In this document: positions 14,395 through 27,900 of the stretch, in pieces
How the letters are laid out: each line of letters begins with the position of its first letter
Position numbering within the stretch: position 1 is the first letter of the stretch
DNA from: Nemertoderma westbladi
Lineage: Eukaryota; Animalia; Xenacoelomorpha
DNA length: 64,000 nucleotides
Assembly: GCA_032718475.1 (NCBI GenBank)
Contig: JAUCBJ010000668.1
Span: 62,001 to 126,000 of the forward strand
Reading direction: 5' to 3'
Notes under the pieces: model-generated
The model's database searches: none
The model's input: the letters and a program-made list of their open reading frames with translations, nothing else
Told to the model about the DNA's origin: nothing
Made by a program: the position numbers and the translations under genes

Positions 14395-15545
14395 ATCACT
14401 GCTCAGCACTCAGTGCCAACTGATCAGCACTCAGTGCCCAGCCCACTACTCAGCACTCAGTGCCCACTACTCAGCACTCAGTGCCCACTGCTCAGCACTC
14501 ACTGCGCACTGCTCAGTGCCCACTGCTCAGCACTCAGTGCCCACTACTCAGCACTCACTGCCCACTGCTCAGTACTCAGTGCCCACTACTAGCACTCAGT
14601 GCCCACTGCTCAGCACTCAGTGCCCACTGCTTAGCACACAGTGTTCACTACTCAGCACTCAGTGCCAACTGATCAGCACTTAGTGCCCACTACTCAGCAC
14701 TCAGTGCCCACTGCTCAGTACTCAGTGCCCACTGCTTAGCACACAGTGTCCACTACTCAGCACTCAGTGCCAACTGATCAGCACTCAGTGCCCACTACTC
14801 AGCACTCAGTGCCCACTGCTCAGTACTCTGTGCCCACAACTCAGCACTCAGTGCCCACTGCTCAACACTCAGTGCCCACTACTCAATTCACTCAGTGCCC
14901 ACTGCTCAGCACTCAGTGCCCACTGCTCAGCACTCAGTGCCCACTGCTCAGCACTCAGTACCCACTGCTCAGCACTCACTGCGCACTGCTCAGTGCCCAC
15001 TGCTCAGCACTCAGTGCCCACTACTGCTCAGCACACAGTGTCCACTACTCAGCACTCACTGCCCACTGCTCAGTACTCAGTGCCCACTACTAGCACTCAG
15101 TGCCCATTGCTCAGCACTCAGTGCCCACTGCTTAGCACACAGTGTCCACTACTCAGCACTCAGTGCCCACTACTCAGCACTCAGTGCCCACTACTCAGCA
15201 CTCAGTGCCCACTACTTAGCACACAGTGCCCACTGCTCAGCACTCAGTACCCACTGCTCAGCACTCACTGCACACTGCTTAGTGCCCACTGCTCAGCACT
15301 CAGTGCCCACTACTGATCAGCACACAGTGCCCACTACTCAGCACTCACTGCCCACTGCTCAGTACTCAGTGCCCACTACTAGCACTCAGTGCCCATTGCT
15401 CAGCACTCATTGCCCACTGCTTAGCACACATTGCCCACTACTCAGCACTCAGTGCCCACTACTCAGCACTCAGTGCCAACTGATCAGCACTCAGTGCACA
15501 CTACTTAGCACACAGTGCCCACTACTCAACACTCAGTGCCCTTTC
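14395..15545. repeat. Degenerate minisatellite, unit about 22 bp (gcactcagtgcccactgctca)
   Basis: Roughly 50 imperfect units. Accounts for the low-complexity LLSTQCP / HYSALSA / QHSVPT ORFs. Confidence 0.92.
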
Positions 15546-15774
15546 TGCTCTTAGTAAATGCCAGCTTATATTTTCTGCAGGCTAAACAATTGGGTACCAA
15601 ACAGAAGGCAGTAAATATAAATATTAAATAAAATCGAAAAACTGAACTAATAAAAATCAACATTTGAAATAAACATCAGACTGCTTTGAAAGTTCATCTG
15701 TATTAAATGTTCATTTCTCCAATAACAGACACAGACGAGGGTAACTTCCTTCTACAGACACGGACCAGCAGACC

Positions 15775-15942
15775 CTAGAGAATATCGCCCTCTTGTGCCC
15801 GTTTAACAGTTTCCAACATATAAAGTAATCCGGAACTATCGATGGAAGCAAATCTTGTGAAATCTTGAGAGTTCAGTAGATATTTAGTGAAACGTCCGTT
15901 CACGTAGAATGTTTGGAGTAAAGTCCCGTCGCGCGTCCAAAA
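15775..15942 (-). CDS. APAF1: Apaf-1 terminal exon (not in ORF track)
   Basis: ccttag|TTT TGG... gives FWTRDGTLLQTFYVNGRFTKYLLNSQDFTRFASIDSSGLLYMLETVKRAQEGDIL*, matching the Apaf-1 C-terminus. TAG at 15777-15775. Confidence 0.9.
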   Translation of the reverse strand, partial: FWTRDGTLLQTFYVNGRFTKYLLNSQDFTRFASIDSSGLLYMLETVKRAQEGDIL

Positions 15943-18900
15943 CTAAGGTAATAAAAACATTATGTGATAACAAATGTAATGTGAATGTAAATGTAAACAT
16001 AATGTAATGTAATAACATAATATTTAAATTTATTATCACTAACAACGAATTAATCACCAAATGTACACCATGTCCTAGAATATAGTGTTCATATTTAGGT
16101 ACACCCCCCCCCCCCCCCCCCGCCTCCCCAATTTTTCTACAAATCTTTATGAGATTGCATGAAATTTGAAACAGGGATAGTTTCACCTCCCGACCACTGA
16201 CTGGGTGAGCCAGAATTTTTATTTTCGCTTTTAATCTTTAGCTACCAGTGTTTGGAATGGGTGTCTCCGTCGATATTGCACTCGTCGTACTGCAGTTAAT
16301 CTTCAACCTCATAGTGATTTGTTGGTGTCACTGCCTTTAGAAAGCTGGCTTAAAGGTTGCATTTGCAACCACTGCAGGCCATTTTATTATATTTAATAAA
16401 TAAACCATGTTCTAGAATAGCCACTTACTAAAGTAAATTTTTTTTATTTGACTATTTTTGGCCACATTTTCACGAGTTTTGAGGGATCAGATTATGGGTT
16501 CATTTTGTTCGGGATATAACGAATTTATTCAAATCCACTTCCAATTTTAGGATTTTCTTTACTTTTTCTCAGATTTCATTCTTTAGTAGATCATTCACAA
16601 AGTCTCCAAAATTAAATAAATAAAGTATGAAATAAATAAATAATAATAAAATGAACTGCGAATTAACAAATAACAGTAAATGGGTGAAAATACAGAAAAG
16701 TTACCAAATTGGAGACATTCTCGTTTCTCACGTTTCTCAAAACCCAACATATGATATATATTCTGAAAGCTCAGAGTGTGTAGAATTTAATGAGAGTATT
16801 GACCGACCTTAAATATGATCTGTAAAAAAAATATACTGCTTCTCCCTTCCTGTCCACTGCCTGTAACCATTATTTTAATAGGATAATTGGTTACAGGCGT
16901 GGGACATTTGTCCTCCTGTAACCTTCCATGTAAATGTAATGAGAGCCTGGTTACAGGCGGTTACAGGTGGGGGGACGTTTTATGGTATGCATTGGTTTAC
17001 ACAGGCGATGGAAATATAGGAGGGTACGTGTATTATATACCATTAGAAAGCTTGTCTGGCGGGTGATCTAAATATGTTCATGGTTCCTAAGATCAAACAA
17101 ATTAGCATTTTGCAGTTCTGCGTTTGCATACGATGGTTACAGAGATGGACATTTATGGTCGGACACCCATGTTTGGAGATACTTATCAACCTGTAACTTC
17201 CAAGCTATTAAATTAATTTGATTAATTTTTTTCCATAATTCTGCAGCATAAATTGCTGCGATTTCAAATATAATTAATTCGAACGTAAAAAAGTAAAGGG
17301 GGTTTTTACCTCACAATTCTCTTGGAGGACAATTTTTAGCTATAAATTAAAAACAGGCTTTGGTGGCTCATCAAGTTCCGTGTATCTATGTAATCATGTA
17401 CACTGTTTGACTGCAAATTTATTGGGCTTTCTAGTGGTATATAAAACTTATACACTATCATAATTCCAATACGCCATTGAAACGATGAAATGATCAGTTG
17501 CATTTTTCCTATATTTATGATATTATTATTGATGTGGTGACCAATATTGTTTAGAATTTAAGGCATCGTATGCACTTTATTTTATGAAATTTCGATTAGT
17601 AGAAGTGGAATTATACATTGTCCAACATTTATGGAGCTTTTTGGCAACTTTTCTGTGTTTTCACTCAAATAACTTTTGGATAGTGATGAGATACAAACTA
17701 ACCTTAATGTTGTCGCCGGTAGACACCAGTCGAGAGCCGTCAGCATTAAAGGCAATGTCCGTAACCCAGGCGTTGTGACGACAACAGGTACCCACTAACG
17801 TCCAGCCCTTAACCAACCAAACCTTCACGCGACCAGTGTCGTCACCGGTTGCTAGGTAACGGGAACAGGGGGAGAACCGACAACTCCGTACGCAGTCAGT
17901 GAACCCCTGGAGAACAGTGTGTTGGGTGTCTGTGTCAGGGTTCACTATATAGGCGCAGCTGTTGGTGGAAGTAACGCAGACATGTGATTGGTTGGGAGAT
18001 ATTGCGCAGGATGTTAAGTAATCGTCAACCACTTGGATATCACGAAGCAGTTTCCCAGACAACACATCCCATATCTGTGGAATTTATTTACTCATATAAT
18101 ATATGTTTAATGGTGTCTGTCTGTCTGTATGTATGTCTGTCTGTCTGTTTTATATTGTATGTTTGTGAGTAACGTTTGTTTGTCTATATGTCTGTCAGTC
18201 TACCGGTATATTTGCCGTCAGTCCATAATGTATGTTTGTTTAATGTCTTTCTGCCTATGTTGTCTGTTTATCTAGATTGTCTGTCTGTCTATATTGTCTG
18301 TTTGTCTATATTGTCTGTTTGTCTATATTGTCTGTTTGTCTATATTGTCTGTTTGTCTATATTGTTTGTCAGTCTATATTATGTCTGTAGGAACGGTATG
18401 CTTATATCCGTGTGTTAATAAAACAAAATAAAATTATATTCGTTCTGTTGCTATGTGATGAAATGACATAAATTATAGGTTAACTTACGAGTAAGCGACC
18501 ATCATTAGCAATGCTTAAAACTCTTCTATCGTCGGTAAAACTCTTGACTTGGTTCACTGCAGATGTGTGGCCTTCCAAGCTCCACTTCAAAGAGATTTCA
18601 TTGGTTGACAACGACCACACACTTATCAGTTTATCGTTACCGGCTGTAATTAGCCAATCACAGGAAGGCTGAGTAAATACTAAACAGTATAGATTGTGAA
18701 CGCTACGATGGTTTCCTTCACAGACTCTCACATTCCTCAGATCTTTAGTGTTGTGATTGTAAATCTGTAAAAAGTACAAAAAAAACATCGCAATGATTCA
18801 ATTTCATGTAAATAAATTCAAGTTAGATTGTAAATAAATACAAGTTAGATTGTAAATAAATACAAGTTAGATTGTAAATAAATACAAGTTAGATTGTAAA

Positions 18901-21900
18901 TAAATACAAGTTAGATTGTAAATAAATACAAGTTAGATTGTAAATAAATACAAGTTAGATTGTAAATAAATACAAGTTAGATTGTAAATAAATACATGTT
19001 AGATTGTAAATAAATACAAGTTAGATTGTAAATAAATACAAGTTAGATTGTAAATAAATACAAGTTAGATTGTAAATAAATACAAGTTAGATTGTAAATA
19101 AATACAAGTTAGATTGTAAATAAATACAAGTTAGATTGTAAATAAATACAAGTTAGATTGTAAATAAATACAAGTTAGATTGTAAATAAATACAAGTTAG
19201 ATTGTAAATAAATACAAGTTAGATTGTAAATAAATACAAGTTAGATTGTAAATAAATACAAGTTAGATTGTAAATAAATACAAGTTAGATTGTAAATAAA
19301 TACAAGTTAGATTGTAAATAAATACAAGTTAGATTGTAAATAAATACAAGTTAGATTGTAAATAAATACAAGTTAGATTGTAAATAAATACAAGTTAGAT
19401 TGTAAATAAATACAAGTTAGATTGTAAATAAATACAAGTTAGATTGTAAATAAATACAAGTTAGATTGTAAATAAATACAAGTTAGATTGTAAATAAATT
19501 CAAGTTAGATTGTAAATAAATTCAAGTTAGATTGTAAATAAATACAAGTTAGATTGTAAATAAATACAAGTTAGATTGTAAATAAATACAAGTTAGATTG
19601 TAAATAAATACAAGTTAGATTGTAAATAAATACAAGTTAGATTGTAAATAAATACAAGTTAGATTGTAAATAAATACAAGTTAGATTGTAAATAAATACA
19701 AGTTAGATTGTAAATAAATACAAGTTAGATTGTAAATAAATACAAGTTAGATTGTAAATAAATACAAGTTAGATTGTAAATAAATACAAGTTAGATTGTA
19801 AATAAATACAAGTTAGATTGTAAATAAATACAAGTTAGATTGTAAATAAATACAAGTTAGATTGTAAATAAATACAAGTTAGATTGTAAATAAATACAAG
19901 TTAGATTGTAAATAAATACAAGTTAGATTGTAAATAAATACAAGTTAGATTGTAAATAAATACAAGTTAGATTGTAAATAAATACAAGTTAGATTGTAAA
20001 TAAATACAAGTTAGATTGTAAATAAATACAAGTTAGATTGTAAATAAATACAAGTTAGATTGTAAATAAATACAAGTTAGATTGTAAATAAATACAAGTT
20101 AGATTGTAAATAAATACAAGTTAGATTGTAAATAAATACAAGTTAGATTGTAAATAAATACAAGTTAGATTGTAAATAAATACAAGTTAGATTGTAAATA
20201 AATACAAGTTAGATTGTAAATAAATACAAGTTAGATTGTAAATAAATACAAGTTAGATTGTAAATAAATACAAGTTAGATTGTAAATAAATACAAGTTAG
20301 ATTGTAAATAAATACAAGTTAGATTGTAAATAAATACAAGTTAGATTGTAAATAAATACAAGTTAGATTGTAAATAAATACAAGTTAGATTGTAAATAAA
20401 TACAAGTTAGATTGTAAATAAATACAAGTTAGATTGTAAATAAATACAAGTTAGATTGTAAATAAATACAAGTTAGATTGTAAATAAATACAAGTTAGAT
20501 TGTAAATAAATACAAGTTAGATTGTAAATAAATACAAGTTAGATTGTAAATAAATACAAGTTAGATTGTAAATAAATACAAGTTAGATTGTAAATAAATA
20601 CAAGTTAGATTGTAAATAAATACAAGTTAGATTGTAAATAAATACAAGTTAGATTGTAAATAAATACAAGTTAGATTGTAAATAAATACAAGTTAGATTG
20701 TAAATAAATACAAGTTAGATTGTAAATAAATACAAGTTAGATTGTAAATAAATACAAGTTAGATTGTAAATAAATACAAGTTAGATTGTAAATAAATACA
20801 AGTTAGATTGTAAATAAATACAAGTTAGATTGTAAATAAATACAAGTTAGATTGTAAATAAATACAAGTTAGATTGTAAATAAATACAAGTTAGATTGTA
20901 AATAAATACAAGTTAGATTGTAAATAAATACAAGTTAGATTGTAAATAAATACAAGTTAGATTGTAAATAAATACAAGTTAGATTGTAAATAAATACAAG
21001 TTAGATTGTAAATAAATACAAGTTAGATTGTAAATAAATACAAGTTAGATTGTAAATAAATACAAGTTAGATTGTAAATAAATACAAGTTAGATTGTAAA
21101 TAAATACAAGTTAGATTGTAAATAAATACAAGTTAGATTGTAAATAAATACAAGTTAGATTGTAAATAAATACAAGTTAGATTGTAAATAAATACAAGTT
21201 AGATTGTAAATAAATACAAGTTAGATTGTAAATAAATACAAGTTAGATTGTAAATAAATACAAGTTAGATTGTAAATAAATACAAGTTAGATTGTAAATA
21301 AATACAAGTTAGATTGTAAATAAATACAAGTTAGATTGTAAATAAATACAAGTTAGATTGTAAATAAATACAAGTTAGATTGTAAATAAATACAAGTTAG
21401 ATTGTAAATAAATACAAGTTAGATTGTAAATAAATACAAGTTAGATTGTAAATAAATACAAGTTAGATTGTAAATAAATACAAGTTAGATTGTAAATAAA
21501 TACAAGTTAGATTGTAAATAAATACAAGTTAGATTGTAAATAAATACAAGTTAGATTGTAAATAAATACAAGTTAGATTGTAAATAAATACAAGTTAGAT
21601 TGTAAATAAATACAAGTTAGATTGTAAATAAATACAAGTTAGATTGTAAATAAATACAAGTTAGATTGTAAATAAATACAAGTTAGATTGTAAATAAATA
21701 CAAGTTAGATTGTAAATAAATACAAGTTAGATTGTAAATAAATACAAGTTAGATTGTAAATAAATACAAGTTAGATTGTAAATAAATACAAGTTAGATTG
21801 TAAATAAATACAAGTTAGATTGTAAATAAATACAAGTTAGATTGTAAATAAATACAAGTTAGATTGTAAATAAATACAAGTTAGATTGTAAATAAATACA

Positions 21901-24900
21901 AGTTAGATTGTAAATAAATACAAGTTAGATTGTAAATAAATACAAGTTAGATTGTAAATAAATACAAGTTAGATTGTAAATAAATACAAGTTAGATTGTA
22001 AATAAATACAAGTTAGATTGTAAATAAATACAAGTTAGATTGTAAATAAATACAAGTTAGATTGTAAATAAATACAAGTTAGATTGTAAATAAATACAAG
22101 TTAGATTGTAAATAAATACAAGTTAGATTGTAAATAAATACAAGTTAGATTGTAAATAAATACAAGTTAGATTGTAAATAAATACAAGTTAGATTGTAAA
22201 TAAATACAAGTTAGATTGTAAATAAATACAAGTTAGATTGTAAATAAATACAAGTTAGATTGTAAATAAATACAAGTTAGATTGTAAATAAATACAAGTT
22301 AGATTGTAAATAAATACAAGTTAGATTGTAAATAAATACAAGTTAGATTGTAAATAAATACAAGTTAGATTGTAAATAAATACAAGTTAGATTGTAAATA
22401 AATACAAGTTAGATTGTAAATAAATACAAGTTAGATTGTAAATAAATACAAGTTAGATTGTAAATAAATACAAGTTAGATTGTAAATAAATACAAGTTAG
22501 ATTGTAAATAAATACAAGTTAGATTGTAAATAAATACAAGTTAGATTGTAAATAAATACAAGTTAGATTGTAAATAAATACAAGTTAGATTGTAAATAAA
22601 TACAAGTTAGATTGTAAATAAATACAAGTTAGATTGTAAATAAATACAAGTTAGATTGTAAATAAATACAAGTTAGATTGTAAATAAATACAAGTTAGAT
22701 TGTAAATAAATACAAGTTATATTGTAAATAAATACAAGTTATATTGTAAATAAATACAAGTTAGATTGTAAATAAATACAAGTTAGATTGTAAATAAATA
22801 CAAGTTAGATTGTAAATAAATACAAGTTAGATTGTAAATAAATACAAGTTAGATTGTAAATAAATACAAGTTAGATTGTAAATAAATACAAGTTAGATTG
22901 TAAATAAATACAAGTTAGATTGTAAATAAATACAAGTTAGATTGTAAATAAATACAAGTTAGATTGTAAATAAATACAAGTTAGATTGTAAATAAATACA
23001 AGTTAGATTGTAAATAAATACAAGTTAGATTGTAAATAAATACAAGTTAGATTGTAAATAAATACAAGTTAGATTGTAAATAAATACAAGTTAGATTGTA
23101 AATAAATACAAGTTAGATTGTAAATAAATACAAGTTAGATTGTAAATAAATACAAGTTAGATTGTAAATAAATACAAGTTAGATTGTAAATAAATACAAG
23201 TTAGATTGTAAATAAATACAAGTTAGATTGTAAATAAATACAAGTTAGATTGTAAATAAATACAAGTTAGATTGTAAATAAATACAAGTTAGATTGTAAA
23301 TAAATACAAGTTAGATTGTAAATAAATACAAGTTAGATTGTAAATAAATACAAGTTAGATTGTAAATAAATACAAGTTAGATTGTAAATAAATACAAGTT
23401 AGATTGTAAATAAATACAAGTTAGATTGTAAATAAATACAAGTTAGGACACGGACCCCCCCCCCCCCCCCCCCAATTTTTCTACAAATCTTTATCATATT
23501 GTTTGAAATTTGAAACACAACAAGTTCACAACAAGTCCGTGGTTGTTACCATGAAGCCGGAATTTTCGATTTTGCCTTTAAATTTTATTTATAAGCGTTT
23601 CAAAAAAGTGTCTTTTGCGATATCGCACCCTCTGTATCATTGACATTCTTCACTTTAGTCGTAATTTTTTCACATCAATAGAAAGCTTGCGTTGCAAGGA
23701 TTCCAAATATGTAGCAATATCTGAATTTCATTGAGAAACAGCTGAGAAATAGGCGTTCAAAGATTGCAAGAATTATTGTTCACTGCAGGCCATTTATTCT
23801 ATTTAATAAATACACAATATTCTAGAACGTGTTATTTATTTTATGAGTTGGTAGGCAACAACGGTATGCCTATACAATATCTATATTGCGTAGCTAATCA
23901 TACATAAACAAATTGTTCCAGAATATTGTGTATTTATTAAATAGAATAAATGGCCTACAGTGAACAATAATTCTAGCAATCTTTGAATGCCTATTTCTCA
24001 GCTGTTTCTCAACGAAATTCAGACATTGTTACATATTTGGAATCCTCGCAACGCAAGCTTTGTGTGAAAATTGATGTGAAAAAATTACGACTAAAGTGAA
24101 GAATGGCAATGATACAGAGTGCGCGATTTCGCAAAAGACACTTTTTTATAACGCTTATAAATAAAATTTAAAGGCGAAATCGAAAATTCCGGCTTCATGG
24201 TAACAACCACGGTGAGTTGAACTAGTTGTGTTTCAAATTTCAAGCAATATGATGAAGTTTGTAGAAAAATTTGGGGGGGGGGGGGTCCGTGTCATCAGAA
24301 AATGACACTATAGTACGGGTCATGGTGTATAGATATACGTTTGGGCTGAAGGGCCACTTTTGTATATCAAAAGTGGCCCTATTGCGACTTGGGGGGTATT
24401 AAAAAGTGGCCCTTTAGCCCCTTTTTGGCCCTTTAGCTCGAAACCGCAAACGGGCTTGGATGGCCCTTTGTGTATACGGTTCCTTTAAAAAGTTATGCAC
24501 CTTCATTTTATTACTAAATGAAAACATAATTTTCGGGCCACTTACCAAAATGTATAAAATGGAATTAGGGCCAAAAAAGTCAAAAGGGCCAAAATTTGCC
24601 AAATTGGCCCTCTTCCTGTCTGGAATAATATATCATTGGCCCGAACTGAGCTTATTATATAGTGAAGAAAGAAAGGGCCATAACAGGCCCTATTTGATGT
24701 GACTTCATAACAAATTTATCAAATTAGTTGAGAAGGAAACGAGCCGAACTGAAAATGAGATAAATAACAATAGGGCCATTATACAGTGGCCCTTTTAAAT
24801 CCAATTTGATCCTACAAATATACTGAGCTGAGAATTTGAGTGGCCCACTTGTTTCAAAATTGATTTATTAAATAAAATGTCCCGAAGAAGGGGCCACTTT

Positions 24901-27900
24901 TACCATCATAAAGAATGAGATTAACAACATTAGGGCCATAAATATACATTGATTAAAATGGTCCGATTTCAATCCAAATTGATTAGTACCTAATCAAATT
25001 ATTAATTAGCGGTATTAGTCGAAGTCGATATCAACCTTATCTTGCACATACGGGCTGGAGCATTCGCGCAGCACGAGACTTACAACTCCTACCAAATATC
25101 AGATTAATCTAATGACTGGTTCTAATTATTACAACTGTGTGTGTGTGGGGTGGTGGTGTTGTCATGTGGACAATGCTATAGAACTAAATAGGCCACCAAT
25201 TTACGATGGCAAGATATTTATAAATATTTATAGATTTATAAATGACATCACGGTTAATGAGGAAGAGGGTCTAGATACAAATGTGTGACTTAATTTGTAA
25301 CTTAAGCGAACTTAGATCCCTCGTTGAAAGCAAAGCGTACCTTAGATCTTAGGTAGACTTAGATCCCAATTTATACAATTTCCTTAGCACACGCTAGAGG
25401 AGAAGCGAACTTAGATCCCACGTGTACTGTGCGTTGGCCGCGTTCTATCGATATTATAGTGTATATTGTACTGTGTTTCATTAAGCATATAAAACTACTT
25501 ATAATGATCTAATGCAATTAAGTCATTCTGTCATACACTCAAAGTAGTTGCAATCAGTGACTCACCAACAAACTGTGAAAGCAAGGCAAAATACGTCGTA
25601 TTTTAAAAGTTTTTTACGTAGTACTAATATACAAATAGCTACCTATCAGTGAAATATTTCCACAAAATATTCGAGAACACAAAATAATTTTAACATTGAA
25701 TAAGGCAGCATCAGGAGTTGAAGAGTACAATAATTTGAATCGCAGTAACTCTGGAAGCAATATAGTAAAATACTGCAGTTCAATTTATTTTGTAGCACTA
25801 TATCGCTCTATATTTTATTAACGAATTAAGCAACAAAAAAGTACCAATTTAAGAATACAATTACGTATTACATGGCACATGGGGAAAAAGACTTAGAGAA
25901 CATTGTTTTTTTCAATATTCTCTCGACCCTTTATTAACCTCGCTGGCGCTCGGTAAATAAAATGCCTTGTGAATAATGAAAAAAAGTTCTACTTTTTTTC
26001 CCATGTAATAAGTAATTATTTTGTAGCACCAATTCACATCCCCTGTGCCGGGATCGAGAGTAGCTATTTCGCGTTCGCGGATCTGAGCTGTGATGGCCCG
26101 CTTTGTTGACTTCTTTCGACCCCGTAGAGTAGCCTCGGCGACAAACTCACCAATAATTTCTAATTATGCAATGCTCCTAGGTCACTCTTACCAAATTTCA
26201 GATGGAATCTGATGGTTGGTTCTACAATTCTGTCAATTCGCCCCCCTAACGGCAGACAGGTGAACTTTAAAGTCTGTCTGTGTGTATAATTTCTACTTAA
26301 GCAACGGCGATAACTGCCCGTTGAAGACATGGGAACTTGAAGGTCTAACCGTACAGTACATAAAATATGTTCAAACAAAAATAATGTTTATTAAAATCTA
26401 CATTATTTTAGTTTTAGGTTAACTGCGGTAAATATTACATTGCAAGTCTTACAAATCATGTTACTATTCATGTCATTTTTTGAGAAAGTCTGACTGGCCC
26501 ATTTGATTCAAAATTGATTTATTAAATTAAATGAACGGGAAAAGGGCCACCTTTACTATCATAAAGAATGATATGATTTACATTAGGGCCACAAATATAC
26601 ATCTTTTACAGTGGCCCATTATATACACTGATAAAACACAACCGCGGTCTCTACAAATACCGTTGTTTAAAGTAAAAAACTACGGTAAGACAAACATAAA
26701 CCAGGGTTTCATATTGATTTTTTTTCATGCATTATCAAGTGGCACTATAACCTCGGTTTTGATTTAGTTTAATTTTAAACCACGGTTTCATTTGCAAAAA
26801 ATTATACAATAGTTTCGAAAAATAAATATTCGAAACCCATTTAAACTACGGTTTTATGGAATGACACCGGTTTTCAAAATATTTCACAACAAATCGCGGT
26901 TTTTATAAATATCAATTATATATCACATTTATTATTATTTTATATAGCAAAGTTATCCGTTCCCCGGACGGAATCTTTGCTTATATTCCTGCACTATGGG
27001 TGGGGTTATGCCGCCGTGCGTGGGTTAAGACTGAATTGCATTATTTAACGGCTGTATTTTTAATTGGCTGGCAGTTTTACCAATCAAAAAGTGTCAAAAT
27101 GTTACCACCGGTGTTCTAAATCCATGGTGTGGTGAGTGGTGACTTTTTCTATAACCCCGATTTGTGGTGCCAAAATTTAAAACCGGAATTTAATTAACAC
27201 AAACCATGGTTTCATAGGTTTTAAAACCTTAGTTTGAGGGACAAACCGTGCTTTCTTAGGTTTTTAACCCTCGGTTTGAGAGATTCTACGAATTTAAACA
27301 TTGATATTAAAATTTGGAACACCATTTTATTATGGTACCTAAATTTAAAACCGGAATTTAATTAACCCAAACCATGGTTTCATAGGTTTTAAAACCTTGG
27401 TTTGATGGACAAACCGTGCTACCATAGGTTTTTAACCCTCAGTTTGAGAGATTCCACGAATTAAAACCTTGGTATTATAATTTGTAACCTCATTTTGTTA
27501 TGGCGCCTAATTATAAAACCGTAATTTAATTAATCAAACCATGGTGTTCTAGGTTTTAAAACCTTGGTTTAAGGGACAAACCATGCTTTCATAGGTTTTT
27601 TAAACCTCGGTTTGAGAGATTAGCCACGAAATATATATAACCTTGGCATTTTGATTTGTAACCCCATTCTGGTATGGTACCCAAATATAAAACCTTAATT
27701 TAATTAACTCAAACCATGGTTTCAGATACTTTAAAACCTTGTTTTTGAGAGATTAACCACCGTTATTTGCTTGGAAAACCGTCCTTGTAGATAGGATCAT
27801 AATTAATGAAACAACGGTTCTATCTGTTACTTTAACCGCCGGTTTCTTAAAATAACCCCCGGTAGTTTTGGTGTAAAAATACCCGGGGTTAATTTAGAAA

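Noticed and set aside
14306-15554. Several 70-219 aa ORFs (LLSTQCP, HYSALSA repeats)
   Set aside because: They are translations of the minisatellite in multiple frames, with no independent coding evidence.
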